From a virus (Duplodnaviria > Caudoviricetes), in the IMG/VR virus record IMGVR_UViG_3300020050_007362, positions 1-64,000 of that record: a stretch of DNA of 64,000 nt; one strand, written 5' to 3'. Positions 48,466 through 57,853 of the stretch are shown one piece after another. The notes beneath the pieces were generated by a model that was not told the origin of the DNA, ran no database searches, and worked only from the letters and a program-made list of their open reading frames with translations. The translations under genes were made by a program, and so were the position numbers. How positions within the stretch are numbered: position 1 is the stretch's first letter; each line of letters begins with the position of its first letter.

Positions 48466-51399
48466 CTATTTTTTACGTTTGGTTATTCCATTTTTAGGAT
48501 ATTCAGTAACCGGTTCAATTGGTTTGGCAAATACTGGTTTGCCTTGCCATTGTCTATCGGCTGCTGCGCGTTCTGCATTGGCATAGTCTTCTGGTGATAC
48601 TTCACCGGCGGCTATATTTTGTAACTGTTCTTGGTTAAGACCGGGAACAATAGAGGGTGCATCATAATACTTCTGATGGCCTTCTAACTGTAGCGGAGCT
48701 GTACTGGGGTTTAGACCGGGGATATGTTGGTAATCTTTTGGAACTCCAACCCCTATCGAATACTCAGTTACTGCTGGCGCTTCAGCATTGCTGGTGCCGC
48801 TTACATTTCCGTAAAAACCTTGACCTTTAGCTGACATATCATCTCGCATCAGATGGCGTTGAGTCAAATCAGGTTGGGTTAAACCAGTATTAGCTATTGC
48901 TGGCGCGTAGTTATTAGGAACTACTGTTCCGCTTTGATTAGGTACAATAACTTCTGGTCCTTTCTCCCCTACAAGATAAGGTTGCCCTTCGTTTACCGGT
49001 CCTCCTTTTGCTCTTGCTTCAATCTCCGGTGTTTCTATCCCTGCTTGCAAACCTGATCTGGCAGAAGGTGGTTGGCTAGGGTGATAGTTAGGCGCTTGTG
49101 GCATTACTGCTGGCGGTACCATGCCGGGTTGAGGGGTCACTTCAGATACAATCGGTGCTTTGTTATGATCAGAAAAGCCTGAAGACGCTAGAATCTCATC
49201 GGATACCGGTGCAATGCCTGGGTTTTGGGCAATGACTCCTGCTGCTTGAGTGGCTTCGTAAACAGCCGTTACATTAGTGGTTGCTGTTTGAGCAATTAAC
49301 AAATTAATCTTGGCTTCCATTTCCTTCATTGCCAATGTTAGTTTATCATTCTCCAACTGAATCTTAGCTTGTGCCACTTCAAGTTTACCTTGCTCAAACT
49401 TAGATTTTTCCTCTAACTGTTTTTGAGCCAACTCAATTTTTGGATCAGTTTGTGGGTTAGCTTTCATCTCTTCTGCTTTGGCAAAATCAAAGAAGCGTTC
49501 ACCGTTATCATAGCCGGCTGCACCAAATACCTCTTTGGCAATCTCTCTTCCGTTGATAGCCGCTGCTGCATCCGGTACTAACTGAATAACCGTTGAGATA
49601 GCGGTAGAAATCTTTTGGATACGTTGGCTAGGGCTTACAGCGCCAGCACCTACGTTAACCGTTACAGAGAACTTATGGTCAAAATACTCAGGTAATACTT
49701 GTAACAACTTGGCTTTCTTAGAAGCGACAGTGATTGCCGTGATATCGGTTTCATACATCGATTCAAGCTGAATGATTTGATGTAATACTGTTTCAATCCA
49801 TGTTTTAGTAATGGTACGTAGTTCCATTTCACGAACACGGTTGCCGGCAGACTGCATCATCTCCATACCGCCAACTGTCTCGTTCATTTTACGATTAGAG
49901 TTAACCGTACTGCCGGCCATAGAACCTGATAGATCATCCGCTGCCAAGTTGATTCTATCTTCTTCTTGGTAACTTGAACTGGTGACATCCGCTGTCGCTA
50001 AAGGCATTACATGACTATCCAGCGCACCGGGTGCTGAGATACCAATCAGTCCGCCGGGAACATTACGACTTAACGCCCGAACATCAACTTGACTGCCTTG
50101 ACGGTATAAGTATCTTCTGTTTAATACTTGACGAACGTTATCAATTCGTTGGTTCTTGATTTCGTTTAAAGATTTTTGCAAACCGGCTATTAAAGATACC
50201 GCACTGCTTGGGTAAACTTTATCAGTTTCAACTTCAAGCTTACCTGACGCATAATCGCGTTTGCCATTTGCCCAAGGGATAACCGATGACAGTAATACTG
50301 GCTCTGACAACATGAGCATTGTGCCGGCAGTGTAATACAGCCAGTCTTCACCGTTGTAACGTACTATGTTACGGTGTATCCAAATCATTTTGAAATCATC
50401 AACCGATTCCATCTGATAAGACTTAGGATCAAGATGGTTCTGTCCGGCTCTGGCTCTTCGGGTGGTATCAAAATCTCCCCTTTCTCCAGCTGCCATTAAC
50501 ATATTCTTACCGATATCCTTCCAAGAAGGTTCACCGTTCTTACTGTCTTTACCTTCTCTGATCTTAGTTTCAACATCCACTAAGAACATCGGGATCATTT
50601 CAATCAGGTATGGTGATGAGTTAATGGGGTCTAACCAATCAGATGCCGGTGAAATGCGTAGATTTTCAGCAGGTACAATGCGGACGTTAGGTTTATCAAC
50701 TATCGTTTCAGTTGTATACAGCTCAACCATTTCGCCGGTTAATGGGTCAATTTCTTGACCGATTACGGTTTCCTTTTCCCGATACTCCCAAGATTGATGG
50801 GAAACGACCATGCCTAATACGGCTACTTCTTGAATACCGCCTAACAATATTTGATACCAAGGAATAGAATTAGCTAAACGGTAATTAACCAACTCCTTCA
50901 TTAAGCTAGCCGCTTCGTTTTGTTGTTGATCATCCTGATCTTCAGCTTCTATGGCTACGACATCCGAGCTGGCAAAAAAGGCACTGGTGGCCGCCGCTTG
51001 GATATCTCGGACTAGCGTTCTGGTCTTTGGCCAAAAGTAACTTGAGCGATGCTTATTAGCATCCGATAAGATAGGTGAGCCTTCCGCGTGTTCAGAATGG
51101 TAATGGCGTAAGTTCCTTGACCATTCAGCACGTAGGTTAATCTTCATCCACGCATCGGAGGCTTCAAACGCATTCCTAGCCATGCGTAGCCAATCAGCTG
51201 ATTCAGTGCTAGCACCTTCTGCCGATTGCGTATCTTGTTGAGCAGATTTAGGTTGATCAGTTTGGCTAGTATCACGCGCACGTTGTTGAAGTTCAGCTTC
51301 AACCGAATTTACAATGGGCGCCGTTACTGAAGATGAAGGTCTCCATTGTCCCCCTTCGAGACTTGCTTGCGGACCTGATGTGTCACTGATAATAGCCAT
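48466..51399 (-). CDS. Portal protein with N- and C-terminal extensions (977 aa)
   Basis: Position between TerL and scaffold/capsid; RSSYFWPKTRTLVR, NQRIDNVRQVLN and NETVGGMEMMQSAGN portal-type motifs. Confidence 0.85.
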   Translation of the reverse strand: MAIISDTSGPQASLEGGQWRPSSSVTAPIVNSVEAELQQRARDTSQTDQPKSAQQDTQSAEGASTESADWLRMARNAFEASDAWMKINLRAEWSRNLRHYHSEHAEGSPILSDANKHRSSYFWPKTRTLVRDIQAAATSAFFASSDVVAIEAEDQDDQQQNEAASLMKELVNYRLANSIPWYQILLGGIQEVAVLGMVVSHQSWEYREKETVIGQEIDPLTGEMVELYTTETIVDKPNVRIVPAENLRISPASDWLDPINSSPYLIEMIPMFLVDVETKIREGKDSKNGEPSWKDIGKNMLMAAGERGDFDTTRRARAGQNHLDPKSYQMESVDDFKMIWIHRNIVRYNGEDWLYYTAGTMLMLSEPVLLSSVIPWANGKRDYASGKLEVETDKVYPSSAVSLIAGLQKSLNEIKNQRIDNVRQVLNRRYLYRQGSQVDVRALSRNVPGGLIGISAPGALDSHVMPLATADVTSSSYQEEDRINLAADDLSGSMAGSTVNSNRKMNETVGGMEMMQSAGNRVREMELRTITKTWIETVLHQIIQLESMYETDITAITVASKKAKLLQVLPEYFDHKFSVTVNVGAGAVSPSQRIQKISTAISTVIQLVPDAAAAINGREIAKEVFGAAGYDNGERFFDFAKAEEMKANPQTDPKIELAQKQLEEKSKFEQGKLEVAQAKIQLENDKLTLAMKEMEAKINLLIAQTATTNVTAVYEATQAAGVIAQNPGIAPVSDEILASSGFSDHNKAPIVSEVTPQPGMVPPAVMPQAPNYHPSQPPSARSGLQAGIETPEIEARAKGGPVNEGQPYLVGEKGPEVIVPNQSGTVVPNNYAPAIANTGLTQPDLTQRHLMRDDMSAKGQGFYGNVSGTSNAEAPAVTEYSIGVGVPKDYQHIPGLNPSTAPLQLEGHQKYYDAPSIVPGLNQEQLQNIAAGEVSPEDYANAERAAADRQWQGKPVFAKPIEPVTEYPKNGITKRKK

Positions 51400-51461
51400 T
51401 CTTTTACCTTTTGTTGTTTTAGTCTCACGACTATAAAGAGTTTACGTAAATATTTGTATAC

Positions 51462-51938
51462 TTACGTAATAATACGGTCAGGTGTTAGTGCTTCAAATTC
51501 TTTTTTCACTTTGGCATAACCCGTATTAGTTTCAGGCATAGCCGCATGGTTAGGTACAAGCAAACCGGCTGCGTTAGTCATCATGCCTCTAATCGCATCG
51601 CCTTTAGCTCTATCCGGTTTAATCCCTAATGCTTCTAATAGCAAACCGCCGGCTCTCATAACGCAAAGCATACGATCTTTATCAATGTCCTTATAGTTAA
51701 TGACATAAACGATATCTGTTGGCACATCCAACAACCGGATGATCATTGAACTCATCTCTTTGCCGTCACAGGCCGAGAACTCTACGCCCCATGCCCAGTT
51801 TTTATAATGCTTGTGCAGCATACGCAAGGCTTCTTTGGCCAACATTTCCTCTTCACTTTTCCAGTCTTGAGGAACGGTATCACTAACCGGGTCTATTCTT
51901 GGGGTATGTCTTTTCTTAATAGGTGTGTTTTCTATCAT
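51462..51938 (-). CDS. Hypothetical protein upstream of the portal (158 aa)
   Basis: Packed ORF; LHKHYKNWAWGV motif. Confidence 0.65.
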   Translation of the reverse strand: MIENTPIKKRHTPRIDPVSDTVPQDWKSEEEMLAKEALRMLHKHYKNWAWGVEFSACDGKEMSSMIIRLLDVPTDIVYVINYKDIDKDRMLCVMRAGGLLLEALGIKPDRAKGDAIRGMMTNAAGLLVPNHAAMPETNTGYAKVKKEFEALTPDRIIT

Positions 51939-51964
51939 GGGTTATTGTTATGCTTATGGGTTAT

Positions 51965-52207
51965 CTAAGGATTAGTAGAAACCAGTTCTGGATCAGGTAG
52001 ATGTGTTGTTACACCGCCTGTAATAGAGACTGGTTTTTCATAAGGGGAGAAAGGGTTTAGGTTAGACATAAAACGTTTACGACCACCACCAAACTCATAC
52101 TTTGCATAAGGGGGTTCTTGCCCTCCTCGCGCTTGTTGCAGTAAAGTTTCATATTCTATTACTCGTTGAGTAACTTTATTTTTAGGTGGGAAAGGAACAG
52201 CGGTCAT
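51965..52207 (-). CDS. Hypothetical protein (80 aa)
   Basis: AGGAGA RBS. Confidence 0.65.
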   Translation of the reverse strand: MTAVPFPPKNKVTQRVIEYETLLQQARGGQEPPYAKYEFGGGRKRFMSNLNPFSPYEKPVSITGGVTTHLPDPELVSTNP

Positions 52208-52266
52208 TTTATTCTCCTATTCATTGTTCGCTATTAATAGCATACACCGCTGTTTTTGACAAGAAT

Positions 52267-52592
52267 TTACGAGTCTAGCCCACGGGAACTTTTCATATCT
52301 AGGGGAACTTTATGCACGATTATTTCCACATTATATTCTTCGTGTCCTGTGTTAATAAGAAAGGCAATACCGTCTTCTTCAGCATGGTCAGCATATATCA
52401 TGCCAATAGCTCCCATCGCATTAATAATATTTTTAAATATCCACTCATCCGAATACCCTAAATTATGCGCTACTTCTTCCAGAGTAATATTGGTATCCGG
52501 ATTAAGGTTTTCGTTTCGGTTTCGGTTTCGGTTTCGGTTTCAGTTTTGTTTTTGTTTGTTTTTGGTTTTTTAGGTACTAAGGTTAATGTCAT
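52267..52592 (-). pseudogene. Hidden ~108-aa gene broken by a single missing C in a GAAACC hexamer repeat
   Basis: MTLTLVPKKPKTNKNKTETETETETE then, in the -1 frame, ENLNPDTNITLEEVAHNLGYSDEW...KSSRGLDS*; 326 nt = 109 codons - 1. Confidence 0.6.
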
Positions 52593-52593
52593 T

Positions 52594-54174
52594 TTAAAAT
52601 CCTAATTCTGGTTCAATAATTGGGTCAGACCCATACATGCTGGAGCGACCTACTGCTGTAAACGCACCTGTTGCAACCGCTTGAGCAAACTGTTGAAACG
52701 CATCTGCTGCGTTTGATTCTTGGCCATGGCGGGGAACTTTAGACCATGTACCTGTTCTTGCATCCCATTTCTTTCGATACGCTTCAAGATGCTTTAATCC
52801 CATATGGCAATTAGATTCATCAAACACACATTGCCTTAATACGTTACGCGCTTGTTGAATAGCCATCTGCTTATCAGGCGTTCTAGGGATGACCCATACT
52901 TGCCAAAAGGGTGCTAGTTGTTGAACCATGTCTGCCGGTGTTGTATTAACCATTTGCCCTTGTCGCATATGGTTAGCATCATGCGGTAGGAAGCACTGAT
53001 CAACGACATAGCCCCAACCGTTAATAACATCTACAAAATACTTAAAAGTCTCCCCACTGGCTTCGGTAAAGTTGATCACCGAATAATGAGTAGGCTTTTT
53101 TTGTATTGCCCAAACTGAAGTTTCATCTGAAGCCCCGATATCAAAGAACACCGATACCGGATACATCTCATCAACCGGATTCAAACCAATCCTTCTCTCT
53201 TTACGTAATGCCCTAAACTGTTCTCTGAAATAAGAACCTTCAAGTGATACTTTAAAAGCTTCGTCAGGTGTTGCCGGCATTTCCTGCCAGAACATCTCTT
53301 CGTCACCGGAATAAGTAATTGCGCAATACTGAACGCGCCAGGCTTTCTGTTCAGGCGTTAGCTTTACTTTAATCTCCGCTTCTAGTTCTTCAAAGTATTC
53401 TTCATCCCGTTTAGTCAACGTCACTAACTCTGGCGGAGCGACATAACGTTTCTCCTGCCACCAAGCAAAGAAGAAAAACTTAAACGATATCTTGAGTAAG
53501 GGCTTACCGGCTTCTTTATACTTCCTAGCCGTATCGACTAAATCAAAAAATGCCCCTGAGTTTCCTTCCGCAGTTGACTCAATAAAAATCAAACCGTCTT
53601 CCGCTACTGAGGTAATAGACCCTGTGATAATTTCCTTCGCTTTACCATTATCCTTAGCCGCGATCTTACCAAACTCAGATACCCATAAAAATGTCGGTGT
53701 ACCACCACGAGAAGAGGTACGCACTTCAATAACCGACTTATTGGTAAAGGCCAACGCTGTCTTAGATGGCAATCCTTCCAATGGCAGGGCTTTCTTCAAG
53801 GGCTCTGGTAAGTTATCATAAGCATAGCGGATTAAACCCCTAAAGATAGCCTCAGCACTGGACATATCTTGCGCAATGAACACCACCGTTTCATTAGGGG
53901 AGAAAAGCGCCGTGTCCAATCCTAATATCGCAATAGCTGTAGAGAACCCTAGCTTTCGTGCTTTGAGTACAATGTTTCGGGTATGCACATCATTAAACAG
54001 CATCTGCTGGGCATCGTTCGGTTTAAAAGTAATCTTTTGTTTCTTTGCATCGATGATGGAATAGATATGGCTTAAACGCCATTGTGGATCAGATAACCCC
54101 TTAGCTAAATCCGCTTCAGTGAAATCAAAACCCGGCATGGGTGTTGTTAAAGCAACTGGTTTTTTATAAGCCAT
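52594..54174 (-). CDS. terL: Terminase large subunit
   Basis: Walker A VLKARKLGFST, Walker B LWVSEFG, coupling motif IESTAEG, RNase H-like nuclease FFDIGASD...AADAFQQ. Confidence 0.95.
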   Translation of the reverse strand: MAYKKPVALTTPMPGFDFTEADLAKGLSDPQWRLSHIYSIIDAKKQKITFKPNDAQQMLFNDVHTRNIVLKARKLGFSTAIAILGLDTALFSPNETVVFIAQDMSSAEAIFRGLIRYAYDNLPEPLKKALPLEGLPSKTALAFTNKSVIEVRTSSRGGTPTFLWVSEFGKIAAKDNGKAKEIITGSITSVAEDGLIFIESTAEGNSGAFFDLVDTARKYKEAGKPLLKISFKFFFFAWWQEKRYVAPPELVTLTKRDEEYFEELEAEIKVKLTPEQKAWRVQYCAITYSGDEEMFWQEMPATPDEAFKVSLEGSYFREQFRALRKERRIGLNPVDEMYPVSVFFDIGASDETSVWAIQKKPTHYSVINFTEASGETFKYFVDVINGWGYVVDQCFLPHDANHMRQGQMVNTTPADMVQQLAPFWQVWVIPRTPDKQMAIQQARNVLRQCVFDESNCHMGLKHLEAYRKKWDARTGTWSKVPRHGQESNAADAFQQFAQAVATGAFTAVGRSSMYGSDPIIEPELGF

Positions 54175-54208
54175 GGTTATTTTTATTATTTATAATGGAG
54201 AGCATTTT

Positions 54209-54412
54209 CTACCCTATCTGATTACATTTAGCTTCAGGATTTTTACGGCCAACGCCGTACTTACAATCTTCACACATTAAAGTGGTGTTGTATTCACAAT
54301 CAGAATAACCCGACCACTCATCGTAAACGCCTTTGCACTTAGGGTGCTTAAGTGGTTTAACATCGTTAGAGAAATTAAAAAGTTCTATTTCTATAGTCAT
54401 TGTAGCTATCAC
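54209..54412 (-). CDS. Small Cys-rich hypothetical protein
   Basis: C..C pattern (CEYNTTLMCEDCKY). Confidence 0.55.
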   Translation of the reverse strand: MIATMTIEIELFNFSNDVKPLKHPKCKGVYDEWSGYSDCEYNTTLMCEDCKYGVGRKNPEAKCNQIG

Positions 54413-54753
54413 TTACAATTAAAGACTTGGCGGGTTGGTGTTGAGTTTTCAGAATTACAATATAAAGCTTTACCGTAAGGTGTGTTTTCTATTTTATCTT
54501 TTTCCTTACTATCCACTAGAGTTTGGTATTGCATATTTGATGGCTCATCTATTCCACCTTGGCCGATTGCACAAATATGATCTACTATATATCCTTTACG
54601 CCCATGGGGATAGCCTTGCGCTTTATCAAACTGCCTTTTTACTGCGGCTGATCGACAACTGGCATCCGCGTAGTTTACACCTGTAAACAAAATAATTATT
54701 ATAATTGGCCATAAAGATCGTATTGACATAGGTTGCGCTATCATTGGTATCAT
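54409..54753 (-). CDS. HNH endonuclease with a predicted N-terminal signal peptide
   Basis: Start reassigned to 54753 (AGGA RBS); RSLWPIIIIILFTGVNYADA then VDHICAIGQGGIDEPSNMQYQT. Confidence 0.75.
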   Translation of the reverse strand: MIPMIAQPMSIRSLWPIIIIILFTGVNYADASCRSAAVKRQFDKAQGYPHGRKGYIVDHICAIGQGGIDEPSNMQYQTLVDSKEKDKIENTPYGKALYCNSENSTPTRQVFNCK

Positions 54754-54763
54754 ATCGGTATTC

Positions 54764-54958
54764 CTAATGTTTATACTTTTTAAATTGAGCACATTTATCT
54801 CCGGGACTTTCTTCAAACATATAGCAGTGCTGGTTCCGGTATTCTGCATAAGCGACTTGTCTGAATTTACAGTTATCGCAATCCGCATCCGGTAGTTCTT
54901 TTGGATCACTTTCCATAAGTAGACAATTTAGTAAGTCCATCATTGTTCTTGCTTTCAT
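54764..54958 (-). CDS. Small Cys-rich hypothetical protein
   Basis: CDNC...C...C pattern; overlaps the endolysin stop. Confidence 0.6.
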   Translation of the reverse strand: MKARTMMDLLNCLLMESDPKELPDADCDNCKFRQVAYAEYRNQHCYMFEESPGDKCAQFKKYKH

Positions 54959-55383
54959 AATAACAGCTCCGCTTCTTTAGCTCTACGTTTAACTAAACCC
55001 TTAAGCACTTTACCACCGCCCTTGTTCCATCTCTTAATCTCAATGATTGCGTTTGGCCAATCCTTTGCGTCAACTTTTTTCTTTAGTGTAGAGCTTTTGT
55101 AATTGGTTATTCCACAGTTGTAAATAAAATCAGCTATGGCCGCTTGACGTTTAGAAGATTCATGTATGAGAACTGGACTGACTTTTAAAGCCTGTTCAAT
55201 GCAAGCCGTTGCTTCTTTGAGTAGGTCTTCATCGGCTTGCTCTTGCGTCCAGAGCATCCCTTCTTTTACCCCGTGAGTTTGGCCCCAACCGATCGTGAGC
55301 ACCTTCGCCGGACAAAGATAAGCCTTTAAAGAACAGCCTTCAAACTGTTTTATTAGTAACGTTAATATTTGTAATGTATTCAT
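54955..55383 (-). CDS. Endolysin, GH24 lysozyme
   Basis: IKQFEGCSLKAYLCPAKVLTIGWGQT catalytic segment; GGKVLKGLVKRRAKEAELL C-terminus. Confidence 0.92.
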   Translation of the reverse strand: MNTLQILTLLIKQFEGCSLKAYLCPAKVLTIGWGQTHGVKEGMLWTQEQADEDLLKEATACIEQALKVSPVLIHESSKRQAAIADFIYNCGITNYKSSTLKKKVDAKDWPNAIIEIKRWNKGGGKVLKGLVKRRAKEAELLL

Positions 55384-55385
55384 GA

Positions 55386-56057
55386 TTAAACCAAATCTTC
55401 TAAATCATAATCGTCGTTGGAAAAGGTTTTATCTTCAAACTCATTAAGTAAAAAATCACTTACATCGTCATCGCTTGGGTAATACTCTGCTTCTTCCGTA
55501 TCGGTATTGTCTTCTATCTTTACTGCTGTCGAAGCGATAACAGGCCGTAGTACACTGCCTTGCAAAGCGGATAGCAATTGGGTTAAAGAGTCACCGGTTT
55601 CTACCACGGTCTTCTGCTCGATGCGGTCACTGTAACCGTGATGGTTTTTTAGATCGAATACGATGCCGTTTACATTTCTTCCTCCCTCTATTAGCAATTC
55701 GTTCTTCCACTCCTCAATTCGTGTTCTAGCAGTATCAATAACATCAGCAAAATCCTCTCCCTTCTCCTCATACCGTCTTAATGCTTCTTTTGTAGTAAAC
55801 CCTAACGACAATGCTAATCCCGCAATAGTAAGCGGTTTCTCATCTGCAAGCTTCTTATCAAAATACAGGTTGACGGCATGTTCCAAAGCTTTTGCCGAAG
55901 CGTACTTACCCATAAACCCACTGGACGCTCCCATCCCTCTTGGTTTATACAAACCGGGAGAGCCGTTAGCATTCTTAGCCGGAGGCGGCAATAACGGTTT
56001 GTTATCGCTCTTTTTAGTGTTTTTTTCGGGCGTATTGTAAGCCGATGTCTCTTTCAT
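55386..56057 (-). CDS. terS: Terminase small subunit (P22 gp3-like DNA-packaging protein)
   Basis: KPLTIAGLALSLGF...LRRYE...FADVIDTARTRIE...GIVFDLKNHHGYSDR. Confidence 0.8.
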   Translation of the reverse strand: MKETSAYNTPEKNTKKSDNKPLLPPPAKNANGSPGLYKPRGMGASSGFMGKYASAKALEHAVNLYFDKKLADEKPLTIAGLALSLGFTTKEALRRYEEKGEDFADVIDTARTRIEEWKNELLIEGGRNVNGIVFDLKNHHGYSDRIEQKTVVETGDSLTQLLSALQGSVLRPVIASTAVKIEDNTDTEEAEYYPSDDDVSDFLLNEFEDKTFSNDDYDLEDLV

Positions 56058-56088
56058 TTGCGTATTCCGGTATTTGTTTATCTATTAG

Positions 56089-56118
56089 TTTATAGCACTT
56101 GCTATATTAATTTGTCAA
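56089..56118 (-). promoter_or_regulatory. Sigma70-like promoter upstream of terS containing a TATAGCA-N2-TGCTATA palindrome
   Basis: TTGACA (56113-56118)-N18-TATAAA with TGn on the minus strand. Confidence 0.5.
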
Positions 56119-56133
56119 GAGTGTGTTGGGCGT

Positions 56134-57210
56134 TTAGGCCAAATCCTCCAGATCGTATAAATCAGAATACGTTGATACTTCCAAAGCAGTTAATGGGGCG
56201 TCCTTCTTTTTTGTTTCAGCTTTAGGGATATCATAGTAATAACCGACAATGGTTTTAACTTTGCGTTCAAGGGTATGGTTTTGTTTTACCAGTTCAGAAA
56301 TGTTCATGGGTAAACAATTTAAAGCCAAAGCCGCTTCGTCAACCGTAAACCCATTCTTCAATTGATCAGGCGTTCTGTTCTTTAGAAACGTATTGAACCG
56401 CTCAGGGATATCTTTAAAGTTTAAAACGTGCATCGGTTCTTTGGTTTGAGCTGTTGGGTTTGGTGCTTTAACTTGCGCTATTCGATTGATACTTTGTTGT
56501 TTGATATACCCTAAAGGTTCAGATTTTTCTTTTCTTTCAACAACGGGCGCTCTTTTTTTAATTTTTGGGTCAGGATACCCATTTATTTTTTCAAACAAAT
56601 CATCTTTTTGTTTTTGTTTTAATAATGCGCACCTATCTTTACTTTTAATTTGTTTTTTTAAAAGGTATTTTTCCATCTCTATAAAACTTTGGTGTTTCCA
56701 ATAATACCCTTTTATGGAATTTCTTGTTCCTTGTATTTGCATAAAACCAAGGGCGTGTAGTATTTTGGAAAGTTGTTGTTTATTGCTTTGCCCAATATCC
56801 ATTGTTTTTGCAACTTCTACCAACATCTCTTCAGTTGTCCTTATTAAATTTTTATCTCCGGGGTTATCTTCAAAATGTTTTTTTATTTTCTTGGTCATAT
56901 TTGATTGAGAATCAAAATAGTTACCATTTCTTGCTATATTGGCTTCTATTTTAGCCGCTTGCTTTTCCATTCTAAATTCTTGGGTTTGTTGCCTATCGAT
57001 TAATCTTTTTTTAGCTTTGTCCTCTTCCCACTGTTTTGTAAATTCTCTTGAATATCGTCTATCTTCCGCTCTTTTTTCTTTATGCGCCCTTTCTTTCTCT
57101 TTTTCTTCTGCTCTAATTCGCAACCTTTCATTTTTTAATTCTTCTATGAGTCTTTTTTCTTTTAGCTTCTCCATTGCTTTTTCTTCTTTTAATTTTTCTA
57201 AAATATACAT
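56134..57210 (-). CDS. Lys/Glu-rich hypothetical protein, possibly with two winged-helix-like repeats
   Basis: Coiled-coil N-terminus; two segments ending KGYYW and VGYYY. Confidence 0.6.
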   Translation of the reverse strand: MYILEKLKEEKAMEKLKEKRLIEELKNERLRIRAEEKEKERAHKEKRAEDRRYSREFTKQWEEDKAKKRLIDRQQTQEFRMEKQAAKIEANIARNGNYFDSQSNMTKKIKKHFEDNPGDKNLIRTTEEMLVEVAKTMDIGQSNKQQLSKILHALGFMQIQGTRNSIKGYYWKHQSFIEMEKYLLKKQIKSKDRCALLKQKQKDDLFEKINGYPDPKIKKRAPVVERKEKSEPLGYIKQQSINRIAQVKAPNPTAQTKEPMHVLNFKDIPERFNTFLKNRTPDQLKNGFTVDEAALALNCLPMNISELVKQNHTLERKVKTIVGYYYDIPKAETKKKDAPLTALEVSTYSDLYDLEDLA

Positions 57211-57254
57211 TTGTTTTTCCCCTAGGCATAGTACAGTATTAAAATATAAAGCTT

Positions 57255-57284
57255 ATAGTACCTACATTTAAAGAAGGTTGTCAA
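57255..57284 (-). promoter_or_regulatory. Sigma70-type promoter at the head of the leftward operon
   Basis: TTGACA-N18-TACTAT on the minus strand. Confidence 0.65.
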
Positions 57285-57415
57285 TTTTTTATTTTTTTAT
57301 TTTTTTTATAAGTATGTTTTAATACATATGGTTTGTTAAAAAAAATAACAATTAAAAACAATATGTTATGTATATGTTTAATCGTTTATACCGTAATGCG
57401 TATTACAGGGTTGTT

Positions 57416-57698
57416 AAAAAGCTGTATACCTTAAAATTACATTAGCTATATTCTATAAAGGTTTAATGATACCTATCCTGCTATCCTGTAGGTATTCAAA
57501 CACCTTCAACTAACCAAACAGTTTAACGTTGTACCTGATTTATTAACGTTACCTATTCTATACTGGTCCCTATACTACTCTATCTACCCCTATTTATTCT
57601 ATCTATACTATTTATTATATTATTATATTATTAAAGGATAGTAGTAGTATAGAGTATATAGATAAAGGGAAATTGTAATTTTGAGTATACAGCTTTTT
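57416..57698. repeat. 25-26 bp imperfect inverted repeat enclosing a 232-bp AT-rich segment
   Basis: AAAAAGCTGTATACCTTAAAATTACA (57416-57441) versus TGTAATTTTGAGTATACAGCTTTTT (57674-57698). Confidence 0.85.
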
Positions 57699-57853
57699 GT
57701 ATGTATTGTAATAAGTCCAAAAATCAATGTTTTTTATTTTTAATAAAAAATTTAAATTGCTTTACTGAACCTGTTGCGGAATAGCCCCTTGGTAAGGATG
57801 CGGCATGGTTTTAACAAGCAACTAATAGCTTTATGGGGGATGGGGGAGTGGGG

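Noticed and set aside
52256-52573. Plus-strand 105-aa ORF ending FRFRFRF
   Set aside because: Antisense shadow of the frameshifted minus-strand gene and its hexamer repeat.
3561-56704. Numerous short plus-strand ORFs inside long minus-strand genes (and minus-strand ORFs in the early region)
   Set aside because: Antisense shadows lacking RBS and with atypical composition.
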